A stretch of DNA of 63,733 nt, the filler included, from Pelomyxa schiedti (lineage: Eukaryota > Protista > Evosea): assembly GCA_020536535.1 (NCBI GenBank). It is 8 parts of 8 records of this genome, joined end to end, with 100 filler letters (N's around TTAATTAATTAA, not from the genome) between each part and the next. Parts side by side here need not be neighbours in the genome. Positions count along the whole stretch, not along the records: positions 1 to 29,355 come from JAHLWZ010000200.1; 7 more parts are not named here. One strand, 5' to 3'. Shown piece by piece: positions 1-12,825 of this stretch. Numbering within the stretch: position 1 is the stretch's first letter; each line of letters begins with the position of its first letter. The position numbers and the translations under genes are program-made. Below the pieces are notes generated by a model. The model was not told the DNA's origin, did not search any database, and was given only the letters and a program-made list of their open reading frames with translations.

Positions 1-867
1 CGATCGCGACGCCGGCGTCGTGCTCTGTGGCCGCGGGGCCTCCTGGTGGCGCGGCGCGAGACGACAGGGCGAGCGTGGCGTCGAGCGTGATCAATATGAT
101 CAACAACAACATGGGGGGCAGTTTTGTGTCATTGCCGTACTGCGCCACTATGCTGGGACTGCTACCTACTTACGCGTTAGTTTTTTTTTCTTCTTCTGTT
201 TCTTTGTTTTGCTCGTTTAACGGTTTTTTTTTTAAAAAAAAAATTACAGATGTCTAACACTATTTTATGGAGTATCATTGTATGGACTTCATCTTCTGGG
301 GGCATGTGCGTTCGTAGTGGAAGCTAAACGAAAATCGAAATCACCTTCTAAAACCCCATTATCAATTACTGAGGTGGGAAATGAGGTTTGTTGATATTAC
401 CTTCACGCAAAGTGTACTGAGGAATGCCCAGGCAATTCCAAGATTTAGTTTTCTAGTCACCCTGGCTGTGGCAATTCATTGCTTTGGCGTTGTGACATAC
501 TTGCTCGTTCTTACAGGTTTGTGACGTATGTACACCAATTTTTTGTGCAACTCCACTCATGCCTCTCAGGAGAAATAATGCCCTATATGTTGCAAGCAAT
601 ATTTCCCATGTATATTCCCAGATTCATATGTATTACTCTGGTGGTGTTACTCCTATCACCATTTGCTTTTGTTGAAAGATTGGAGACACTGATGATTGCC
701 AGGTTTCCTCAACACTCCAAACACCTGAGGCATCTCATTTTAACCCAAAAAAAAAGTGTTGTGGTTGCTGTATCTCTTGGATACACTTTTTTCCTTGTTA
801 TATTTAAATACAACTCTGCCACTGTTCATCCGGATCTTCATTTATTCGCATGGCATTCTAAGAGCCT
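1..867 (+). CDS. Amino-acid transporter (Aa_trans/SLC38-AVT family), partial; near-identical copy of 5061-5935
   Basis: ASVASSVINMINNNMGGSFVSLPY...GL N-terminal motif; same exons and introns as the 4889-6783 gene; cut by the window start and the N gap. Confidence 0.8.
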
Positions 868-967
868 NNNNNNNNNNNNNNNNNNNNNNNNNNNNNNNNN
901 NNNNNNNNNNNNNNNNNNNNNNNNNNNNNNNNNNNNNNNNNNNNNNNNNNNNNNNNNNNNNNNNNNN

Positions 968-1968
968 AGGGTTGTAATCTCCTTATGCATCCTCTTAACG
1001 ATCCCTGGGAGCAAGGATGTGCCACCGGTCAAAACGATGTTGGAGTATGCACGCTGCCTGAGATCAACATTACACGCAGCGATTGAGTTGTAGCAGATCT
1101 CGTGTATGCCAACCTCATGCCTGCCAAGGATTGAGGGCTTGAACAGTGCCTCCGGACACCTGAACCTCTCGTTGCCAACAGTGATGACAGTCCCATCAGG
1201 AAGCTCATAGCTCCGCTCAAGTGACGACGGTTCTGCGCTCATCTCGGCGTCAAAGTCCAGGGCCACGTAGGCGTGCTTCTCCTTGATGTCACGTCCAACC
1301 TCGAGCTGCGAGTTGGTTACGGCCAGGACGCCGCGGCCATAGAGCATGTTCAGCATGTGGTCAGTGAGGTCGCGGCCGGCCAAGTCCTGCCTAAAAGTGC
1401 TGCTGGTGACCACGGCCCCCTCTTCAATCGAGGCGCTACAGGTTACGCCATCGCCGGTGAGCACCACGACTCCAGTGGTTCTGCATGTGGAGTAGAGAGA
1501 CAGAGGCGCCGGAAGGGCAACGAAAAATGCAGGTACGTTGAATTTCTCGAACATGACCTGGGTCATCTTCTCGCGGTTGGCCTTGGGGTTGAGGGGTGCC
1601 TCAGTGACCAGGACTGGGTGCTCCTCTGGTGCAACACGAAGCTCGGTGCAGAGGGCACAGTGTAATACCTTCTCCATGTGGTCCCAGCTGGTTACTATGC
1701 CGTGCTCGATTGGGTAGTTTAGCTTCAGGCAGTTTCGTTTGGAGAATGCCGAGCACCCAACATACAGCTCCGTGTCTACCGAATTAATGGGTCGACCAAC
1801 GATGGCCTGTGTGCAAACGGTGTTACAACAGAAGTATGGGCAGGAAGCGGCACACACAGGGAAAACAGCACGGGGACCGTCGTCGCCTGCGTATCCGGCC
1901 TGACACGTTCCTGTGCCGTTGTCAATAACGATTGCCTGCACTTCTTGTGGTTGTACAGCCGCCGACAT
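968..1968 (-). CDS. Divergent actin-like protein (3' end lost in gap)
   Basis: [77 protein letters not shown]; 51-nt in-frame GT-AG intron at 1807-1857. Confidence 0.92.
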
Positions 1969-2222
1969 CTTTGACCTTCAGGCGGTTTTCTGTTCCGTTG
2001 CAAATCAAACCGATCCGATCTCAGAAGCGGGTAAAAAAGGAGCGCGCTGGTGAATCTGAAAGAAGACTCCAGAACGACTTTTTTTTTCAGCCATAAGTCA
2101 TTTTTCTACCACACCCTTCCTCCAGCTCCCGAGGCTCAGAAACCGATTTGAACTTCAAAATACAGGAATTTCTTGGGCAGCAGAATTAGGGGATTTTATT
2201 ACACTCATAAAGGAAGGTACCC

Positions 2223-3617
2223 CTACCCGAGATGGGCCAGGGAGTGTGTGGGCCCAATATCCAGGGTGTAGGCTGGTGAGGACGCTCGGAGGTCGAGGAT
2301 CATCACACCCCCAGGGGGATTGGGCGCCGTTGGTGTGGCGGTGCTCGGGGCAAGAGAAACTACAAAGTCCGCTTTCATGTGCCACTGGGGAGGTGCTGTG
2401 GTTATAGAGGTTCCCTGGAATCCCGGGAGTGCTATTTCAAGAACTCTGGCAGAAGGCCCATTGAGGCGCCTGTCCAGCAGGGTGAATGACTCCGCGGCGC
2501 AGACGCCAAAGGTGGGTGACTTGGCTGGAGTGCAAAGGGAGTGAATTGTGCTGGTTTCCGGGAAGCGGCACTCCCACACAGGTTTTGTGGTGCAGCCGGT
2601 ATCCCAGAGACAAACTTGGCCGCGGTTGTAGCCTGTGAGGAAAGTATGCGTAGTTTCTTGGGGAGTGCCGCTAACCGCAATGCATACTGGGTGCATGTAG
2701 TCTGTGCCGTACTGGAACTGCTGCCGCATTCGTAGAACCAGTCCCTTCTTCACCTTTACAGTGGTTGGGGTAGTAAAGCCGGTGGATACCAGGTTTTGCT
2801 CCACTTCCGCAAAATAGGTACGCGTACCTGATGTTATCAATATGCCATTTGGTTTCAGAGCGTTGCACATGGCCCTGTAGTGGTGGTAGTTGGACCCAAC
2901 CCCTATCATCCTCGGGAATAGCGTGCCGTCGTGCCTCGACCGCCGGGCCGGCGTGGACCCCTTTATTCTCCACTGGCCAATGCAGCCCTGCTCTCCCATC
3001 GTCAGGACCGTCGACTTGCCCTCGCAGTCCAGCCCGCACACGCTCGACGCAGCCGCCGGCATGGCGCACGACTGCCTGCCCCTCTCAAAGTCGAACACCC
3101 GCAGCATCCCGGTCTCTCTGTCCACCGTAGCGCAGTACCTCCCCGCCGCCACGCTCACGCTCACGGCTCCGCCCGCCACTTTGCCGCCGCACCACTTGGT
3201 CGTGCACTTTGGGTAGGCGTCGAGAAGCACAGAGTCGTTCCAGTCCCACGATGGGATCCCCAGGGCCGTGCCTCGGTGCATCCCGCAGAAGAAGACCGGG
3301 CGGGGCCGCCACCAGGAGCTCCCCTCGGCGGTCGCGTACTTTCTGTGCTGCCAGCCGTCTCCAAATCCGCGCGGGGCCGAGGCCACCATCTGAATTATGG
3401 CTAGAAGAACGAACGGGGGGACCGCCCCCATTGGGCTCCTGGCGCCGAGCCGCGGGTGCGACGCGCAGGCGACCGCCAGGGCCACCGAGTCAGGGAGCCG
3501 AGACTCGATGAATCTGCTGCCGTCCCGCCCGGAGAGGTAGGACAAGTGCTGGCGAACCAACTTGGGCGAGGGGAGGTGCAGCAGGGGCTCGAGGGGCCTT
3601 CCGTGTATTCGAGGCAT
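2223..3617 (-). CDS. HPRLG/F-box-like motif protein with probable C-terminal WD40-like beta-propeller
   Basis: Long GC-rich ORF (open from 3686; first ATG 3617). ALAVACASHPRLGARSPMGAVPPFVLLAII is followed by WD-like strands (LRVFDF, CIGQWRI, VCLWDT, LLDRR, MILDLR). Confidence 0.7.
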   Translation of the reverse strand: MPRIHGRPLEPLLHLPSPKLVRQHLSYLSGRDGSRFIESRLPDSVALAVACASHPRLGARSPMGAVPPFVLLAIIQMVASAPRGFGDGWQHRKYATAEGSSWWRPRPVFFCGMHRGTALGIPSWDWNDSVLLDAYPKCTTKWCGGKVAGGAVSVSVAAGRYCATVDRETGMLRVFDFERGRQSCAMPAAASSVCGLDCEGKSTVLTMGEQGCIGQWRIKGSTPARRSRHDGTLFPRMIGVGSNYHHYRAMCNALKPNGILITSGTRTYFAEVEQNLVSTGFTTPTTVKVKKGLVLRMRQQFQYGTDYMHPVCIAVSGTPQETTHTFLTGYNRGQVCLWDTGCTTKPVWECRFPETSTIHSLCTPAKSPTFGVCAAESFTLLDRRLNGPSARVLEIALPGFQGTSITTAPPQWHMKADFVVSLAPSTATPTAPNPPGGVMILDLRASSPAYTLDIGPTHSLAHLG

Positions 3618-3741
3618 TGCCGGCCTCGGGGCATCATCGTTGGAGTCTGGCGAAGCGTTGTGATCCGTGGTGGTTGTCCCTAACAATTTTCTTGGAAAGA
3701 TGAGCAGATCTCGTTCTTACAATTGTGTGTTATTTATTTTT

Positions 3742-4620
3742 ATGGACGAGGTGCCGACGTGCTTACTACTTATCGACTGCCAGCAGGCATTCACTGTAGG
3801 TATGTCAAAAGTGTGAGGAAACTACCAAACTCATTCCCGCAAAAAAAAAGGAGGTTGGGCTGCTGGTTTTGGTTTCGACCAGGTCCCTCCTTTGAAAAGA
3901 GCGTTTGCAGCATGCAAGACTCTTCTGGCATCTGGAAAATTACAAAGCAAGCATGTAGAGTTAATCTGCACGAAATGCCCTTTTTGGAATCGGTAATAAA
4001 ACCCACTTTTGCCAATGAGACTCCTATCCAGCCTTGTCACATGCATTTGAAAATTTTCCTCAATCAACAGGTTTGATCTTGATTTTGATCCTGAAATTGA
4101 ACCTTACCTGGAGAAAGCACCTTGTTTCTTCAAACCCAACAATTCTGTCTTTGAAGCAAGAGGATTCCATGATTGGATGGTTGCATTCATCCGAAAAGTA
4201 TCAACACTTGCCACTACTACTACCACACACACCTCCCCATCATCATCTACCGCCAACAGCAATAATTCCACCCAACCAACAAGTTCACATCCACGGACAG
4301 AACCCCCAACAGCAGCAGCAGTGACAACAACAACAGCGAAAGGAAAAACCAAGCCAAGGCCAGTTGCGCGAGTGGTTGTTGGTGGATGCACACTTACCAG
4401 TTGCGTGAGGGTGTCTGCATGTGACCTCCAGGAGATGTTCTCAGGGCAGAGGCTGGAGGTCGTTGTGGACCTGTCACTGTGTGGTGCCAGGCGTGATAAC
4501 TACGAGATACGCGCAGGCCCACACCACGACGTTTTCCGCGAGGGGGAAACAGCTGTGGAGTGTGCCATTAGGACAATGAAGGAGTGTGGTGTCATTGTGG
4601 TTCCTGCATATCCCTGGTGA
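3742..4620 (+). CDS. Isochorismatase-like cysteine hydrolase (2 introns)
   Basis: Spliced product: TCLLLIDCQQAF (Asp), CFFKPNNSVF (Lys), VVVGGCTLTSCVRVSA (Cys), LEVVVDLSLC, AIRTMKECGVIVV; Thr/Ser low-complexity insert; alternative ATG at 3700. Confidence 0.78.
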
Positions 4621-4888
4621 AAGGTGGACTGTTTGCTCTGCCCATCAGCACACACAGAAAGCCTCCCACAATTTCCTCACGGCTTTGTTACTGTACACTG
4701 TGCACTGTGCTCAAACCTGCTGGATGTACTGGATTTAATGTCTTCCAGTGCCACACAACATTTTTTTCCCAAACACAAGGGGGACCAGATCCGGGTTTTT
4801 CTGTTAAGTAACAACAGGGTAATTGATGGGCGAACTGAGCCACAGACAAGTGGGCATCAAATCACAACCACAGACCTGCCACGTAGAC

Positions 4889-6783
4889 ATGCACGGCACC
4901 GGCATCGACGCCGACGCGTCTTCCGTCGCGACCACCGTCGACGTTGCCTTCGACACGGCCGGATCTGCAACCGCCGCGTCATCTTCTTCCTCTTCCTCTT
5001 CCTCTTCCTCATCGCTTCCGCCCACGTCGCCCTTCGAAGTGGAAGCATCGGTCTCGCCCACGATCGCGACGCCGGCGTCGTGCTCTGTGGCCGCGGGGCC
5101 TCCTGGTGGCGCGGCGCGAGACGACAGGGCGAGCGTGGCGTCGAGCGTGATCAATATGATCAACAACAACATGGGGGGCAGCTTTGTGTCATTGCCGTAC
5201 TGCGCCACTATGCTGGGACTGCTACCTACTTACGCGTTAGTTTTTTTTTTCTTCTTCCGTTTCTTTGTTTTGCTGGTTTAACGATTTTTTTTAAAAAACA
5301 AAAAAAAAATTACAGATGTCTAACACTATTTTATGGAGTATCATTGTATGGACTTCATCTTCTGGGGGCATGTGCGTTTGTAGTGGAAGCTAAACGAAAA
5401 TCGAAATCACCTTCTAAAACCCCATTATCAATTACTGAGGTGGGAAATGAGGTTTGTTTGATATTACCTTCACGCAAAGTGTACTGAGGAATGCCCAGGC
5501 AATTCCAAGATTTAGTTTTCTAGTCACCCTGGCTGTGGCAGTTCATTGCTTTGGCGTTGTGACATACTTGCTCGTTCTTACAGGTTTGTGACGTATGTAC
5601 ACCAATTGTTTGTGCAACTCCACTCATGCCTTACAGGAGAAATAATGCCCTACATGTTGCAAGCAATATTTCCCATGTATATTCCCAGATTCATATGTAT
5701 TACTCTGGTAGTGTTACTCCTATCACCATTTGCTTTTGTTGAAAGATTGGAGACACTGATGATTGCCAGGTTTCCTCGACACTCCAAACACCTGAGGCAT
5801 CTCATTTTAACCCAAAAAAAAAAGTGTTGTGGTTGCTGTATCTCTTGGATACACTTTTTTCCTTGTTATATTTAAATACAACTCTGCCACTGTTCATCCG
5901 GATCTTCATTTATTCGCATGGCATTCTAAGAGCCTGTTTGCATTACCATTGATGGCCTTTTCCTTCGACTTTCATGAAAATGTGACTTCCACAGCATAAT
6001 ATATTACAATTAATGAGGTTATTAAATTTCCTTTGAACCAATTTGCCCAATTACTTCTTGTAGTTCTTCACAGTTTACAGTGAGCTTGGGGCTCCACACC
6101 AAAAAATCAGAGCAAATGCAGTTGCGTGGATAACCCAGACTCTATCCCTCATTATTTTTGTTGCCCTTATTACTCTTGTATACTGTACGTTTGGAGATAA
6201 TACCCATGTGGACTTCCTTACAAACTGTATCGCCCACCGCTAACATTCAACCTATTCATATAACTTCAGATAATATCTCGATCACTGTTGTATTTTGCCA
6301 GTGGTTGTTCTTAGTATCAGTTATATGTTCAATCCCAATGCTGTTCTATCCAACAGCACAACTTATTACAAACCTCATCAACCACAAACTTCCAGACTGG
6401 CACCCTCAAAACAAGAGGCGGACCATCATTGTGTGGAGTTTCCTCAAGTATTATCACAAGCACTAATTCATCTTTCCCAGGGAACCTTACTTGTGAGCTC
6501 GTGCACATTAGCCATCGTTTGCAAAGAGCTCGATGTGGCATTCGGCTTAATGGGTGCTGTGGGGTCATCCACCATATGCTACATACTTCCACCCATCCTC
6601 TACCTCAACCTTGTGCTATTTCCCCAAACGCAGCAGTACAGTGATGAAGAAGAGCAACAATCAGACATCATTCACCACTCTCCATGGCGAGACAGGAGGG
6701 TGATAGCACCATGCTGTTTACTCGTTTTTGGTGTTGCCTTCCTGGTCACTTGTGTATCCAACATCCTGTACCACATTTTGTGA
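4889..6783 (+). CDS. Amino-acid transporter (Aa_trans/SLC38-AVT family), multi-exon
   Basis: SSVINMINNNMGGSFVSLPY, multiple hydrophobic TM exons, FGLMGAVGSSTICYILPPILY; stop at 6783. Confidence 0.88.
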
Positions 6784-6868
6784 GAAATCTTCGGCTTTTT
6801 TTTCCAAAAATTTGATTTTTGTTCCAACGCCTTTTGCACCACCACAACTTGTGCGTACCAAATAGACG

Positions 6869-8470
<1,602 letters not shown>

Positions 8471-8623
8471 TCCAACACTCTTTATTGCTTCAAAAGTAAT
8501 AATAACAAGAAAAAGAATTTCTAAAGTATTCGGGCTTCTTGCTCCCTTACTACACAAGTAAAACAACAACCATCAACACCCCAGCACACCTCACAGTGGC
8601 AGTTTCATCTTGTTGTGGGGATT

Positions 8624-9761
8624 CTAGAAGCACTTGCGCACAATGGCTGGCCCAGACTCGTTGTACTCCTCCTTGCTGATCCACATCTGCTGGAACGTGC
8701 TGAGCGAGGCAAGGATTGATCCTCCGATCCACACAGAGTACTTGCGCTCAGGTGGGGCGAAGACATTGATCTTCACTGTTGGTGCTAGGGCTGTCATCTC
8801 CTTATGCAGCCTGTCTGCAATCCCTGGGAACATGGAAGTGCCGCCAGAAAGAACGATGCTGCCGTACAGGTCCTTGCGGATATCCACGTCGCACTTCATG
8901 ATGGAGTGGTAGCATGTCTCGTGGATCCCGGACACCTCGAGGCCCAGTAACGATGGACGGAACAGGGCCTCTGGGCACCTGAACCTCTCGTTCCCGATGG
9001 TGATCACTTGCCCGTCGGGAAGCTCGTAGGTCCTCTCGAGGGACGAGGTGTCGGCGGCGGTAGTCATCTCGGCGTCGAAGTCCGGGGCGACGTAGGCGAG
9101 ATTCTCCTTGATGTCTCGCGCGATCTCGCGCTCCGCGGCTGTCGTGAACGAGTGGCCGCGCTCGGCGAGGATCTTCATCATGTAGTCGGTGAGATCGCGG
9201 CCCGCGAGATCTCGCCTGAGGACGGCGCTCGGGAGTGCGTAGCCGTCGTATACCGGAGTGGCGTGGGTGACGCCGTCGCCAGTGTCCAGCGCGATGCCGA
9301 CGGTTCGACCAGAGGCGCAGAGGGACAGGACGGCCTGGACGCCAAGGTACATTGCCGGGACGTTGAATGCATCGAACATGACCCGGGTCAGCTTCTCGCG
9401 GCTGGCCTTGGGGTTGAGGGGTGTCTCGGTGAGCAGAACTGGGCGCTCCTCGGGGGCGACACGAAGCTCGCTGTGGAAGGCGTGGTGCCATACCTTCTCC
9501 ATGTGGTCCCAGTTGGTGACGAGGCCGTGCTCGATTGGGTGGCTGATCGCGACCATGCCTCCTAGGTGGCACAGGGCCGCTTGTCCCACGAAGGTGTCGG
9601 TGCCGTGCATTCCTACAATGGACTTATGGAGTGGTGAGGGTACGAGAACAGGGATGAAACGAAACTGGAAAAACAGCACGAGGGGCAGAATCGCCAGCGA
9701 ATCCTGCCTTGCACATTCCAGACCCGTTGTCAAAAACGACAGCCGATGCATGTGCGTCCAT
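8624..9761 (-). CDS. ACT: Actin (divergent N-terminus, D-loop deleted)
   Basis: [30 protein letters not shown], 43-nt intron 9623-9665, then canonical actin to [41 protein letters not shown]. Confidence 0.95.
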
Positions 9762-9924
9762 GACTCGCCAGGCCCGTAACGTTCGGTTGATTTCTTCCCC
9801 GAAATCACCACCAGAAAAACAGAAGAATCAAACATGCAGGTGAATGGTGTCAGCCTTGGCTGTAGTGAATCGCTAACTGTTTTAATCCAGCCTACTGGCG
9901 CACCATCCAACGGCACAGTTGCTC

Positions 9925-12571
9925 ATGACGTCACGCCCCCGCCGTGTGCGTGCAGTGCCACTGTTGGCCGCGGCGAGAGGAGGTTCTTTGCAATGAAGTT
10001 CTCTTCTGAGGGCAATGTGCTCCAGTCATTTAGGGACTCTCAGTACGCAACGCCGTTGAGGAAATCTAGAGAGCTCGACCAGCAACCACATCGTATTTTC
10101 AATGCTGCAATCGATGTGTGTACCAACTTTTTTTTTGTTTTTGTTTTTGCTTGGAGTAACGTAAAAACAAAGAGCGGGAATGAAGTTGTTTTGATAGCAT
10201 GTGTTACGGGATGCAAGCAATTCTTCGGGTATGCAGTTATGCCGTCGAAGATCGTCGAGCCAGATTTATCTTCGTACCAAGGAAAGTGGCTCCCGCCTTT
10301 TACATTGAAGTGGTGCTGCAAGTGAGTTTCCAATCCAAACAGTGCCGGTCAAATTCAAACTGCTTTCAGGCTTACCACAGCATATAAATTTTCCGTCAAT
10401 TACTCCGATTTCGATTCCCGTATAAACGCACTGGATAAGTGGGGCCACCCGGTCACATTAACTCAAAACTGCCAAGAAATAGATACTGCAAGTGGTGCCT
10501 TACTGTGTGAGGCAATGGATAATGCGGCTTCCCAACAAAAATTATTTGAGACGGCTAAGAGACAGTACTTCACCGTTCCTGTGCGCTTACTCTGACACCG
10601 AACAGGGAGGAAGAAAGTCAAATAGAGCATTTTTACAAAACAAATGCAAGTGGCTCTCATCTATGGGACGGATTCCTTGAACGCCTTACTGCTGTTGGCA
10701 AAACTATTTTTGCCTGTCATGTAAGTGCGCATATATTTCCTTCCATTTAATCAATATCCACGAAACAAGTAGGTTGGTTCAAGAGCTTATAACCTTCAAG
10801 TAGAAACAAGTGATATTGACCTTATGGCAGTCGTGGCCTTTCCTGTGAAAGTGATTGTAGGCTCTCTGCCTGAACCAGTAAAACTTGTTATGAAAAATAG
10901 TGACAACATCAAGGTAACATTCAACCTTGCGCAAATGAGAACGTTACAATCCTTAGCCAGACTACACAGTAAATGAAGCACTAGCATTCTCAAATCTTAT
11001 TATAGCTGGAGATAGCAGATGCATTGAAATGTTTTTCCATGATCCAGGTCCTTCCTTCACTTTCGCTTAATCTTGATCACTAATCTTCTGCAGGCTCGGA
11101 GGCAGTAGTTTACTGCAGCGAGGAATGGTGCAAACTTCTTCCACACAGAGACTTATTCTTAACTCCAAAAATGCTCGAGAAGTATCTCCACGAAGTAGAT
11201 GGAATAAAGGGGTTTAAGAAACTGAATACCCTCACACTTTCAGTTTCCGAAGCAGATCCTGACTCTAAAGTTGTTGATATGTACCATTAAGATGTATTTA
11301 ACAACTTCAGGTAAAATTGTACAAATTGTTGTACATACTACACCGCCATTTGTTACTTGCTAAGCGGCTCGTAAATGCAGCCGCCCCAGACTCACTGAAA
11401 ATGGGGCCAAAGACCCCGTTCTCTGTCTTCTTTCGAGCTGACTCTGAAGAATATAACTTTCTTCAGAAAGTAAGACATGGTAGTATTCCATTCCAGGAAT
11501 TGAGCCAGGTTTAATTAGATGGAAATTTGCTGTTAAATTTAATTCCCCCAGATGCTTAGAGATGAGTTCACTAGGCTTACTAACATCCATAAAACCTGGA
11601 CTGACTGTGGGACAGACCCCACTCCTTTAGTTAATGAATGGCTTGTCAATGTCGTGCGGATACCAGAAATCCAACTGGCTCCTACAACACAATTTGTACA
11701 GTCACCAGAGCAGACGACCGCTAGAACAACGGTGACGTTGAGTACTCCCTCATCTCAAGAACAGGTGCCTCACCTAGAAGACATAAGTGCGATAAATGCA
11801 ACTCTACCTTCCGGTTCGAAATTACTCTATCTGGTCAACACGCAATTGACACAGTATCTCGTCTGTGGGACGAAGTACGCTGGTGTCTATGCTGCTTCAA
11901 CAAAATCTCAATTATCCATTCATCCATCACCCGAGTGCATCAAGAGCAGTTCCGCAACGATATATGAAGCTGAAAGGCTCTGCCAACTTCTGGCAACAGC
12001 AAACCCGAATGCCGTAGCATTGCTATTTGCTCGGAGTTCAGCAATTTTGGTTACATCCATGGAGTTTGACTTGATTTTATCCCGGCGGGAGCATTTTGTA
12101 TCCAAAGAAGTTGTAGACCGCATTCATCAACAAACAATGCAGCAGCAAGGGCGACCTGTTCATAAGCCCAGATTTGGGCAGCACCAACAGCAACAGCAGA
12201 AGCAAAACCAAGTACAAAAGTACACCCACCAAATGTCACAGCTGAATACCTCTGAGCCTGAGAAAATTCTTCCCACACCAAACTCCCCAGTCTCATCATC
12301 AGCGACTACATCATCCCCCAGCTCCCCATCAATACCTGCGTCAACCACAACAGCTTCAACTTCAACGGATTCAGTTACAACAGTAGCAACAAGAGCCGAT
12401 GGAATTGCGGAAACGGTGCAATCAACCACCGCAAATGATGGGGAGCTACTCCAGTGTGCAGCAAGAGTAACATCCACTACAGGAAAACTCCCTCTCACCA
12501 AGGACATTGACTTAGCCCCACTGACAGAATGGCTCTTGTGGCTCCGGGTTACCTTGTGCACAGCTTCTTGA
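9925..12571 (+). CDS. YTH-domain protein fused to two RlaP-like (PF10127-type) pol-beta nucleotidyltransferase domains, multi-exon; start uncertain
   Basis: YTH: RFFAMKFSSEGNVLQS...VVLIACVTGCKQFFGYAVM...GKWLPPFTLKW...NALDKWGHPVTLTQNCQEIDTASGALLC. NTase1: IFACHVGSRAYNLQVETSDIDLMAV...PDYTVNEA...CSEEWCKLLPHRDLFL. NTase2: YAGVYAAS...IYEAERLCQLLATANPNAVALLF...REHFVSK. Confidence 0.8.
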
Positions 12572-12825
12572 ATTAGTTAAATATTTAATACAAATACCAA
12601 CTATCCCTTTCTGGGGGTTCACACTCTGACACTTTTCTTCTTAGCACTGGCTCTAAGTCCCAAATTGTATTGCACTCTTTTCCAATTTCTAGAACCGTTT
12701 GGTACACACCATTTCCCTGGCACATTTCGTACTGGAGTCACGGAATCACGGCGTAAAAAAAAAAAAAGCCGAAGATAAGGCGAACCCAACAGATCCCACA
12801 AATTAAAGAAAGAGTAACGCGAAGT

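Noticed and set aside
4530-4600. Nudix-box-like EGETAVECAIRTMKECG
   Set aside because: Lacks the REUXEE acidic residues and fits the final helix-strand of the isochorismatase fold
5576-5637. Short direct repeats at intron boundaries (CTTACAG|G here; GTAATTG/GCAATTG near 24550-24608) as evidence of intron gain by duplication
   Set aside because: Only two cases, largely explained by splice consensus, and the repeat is absent from the duplicate transporter copy
8802-9779. Long overlapping or antisense ORFs over actin (also over the Sel1, MORN and HPRLG genes)
   Set aside because: Shadow ORFs caused by high GC at third codon positions; no recognisable motifs
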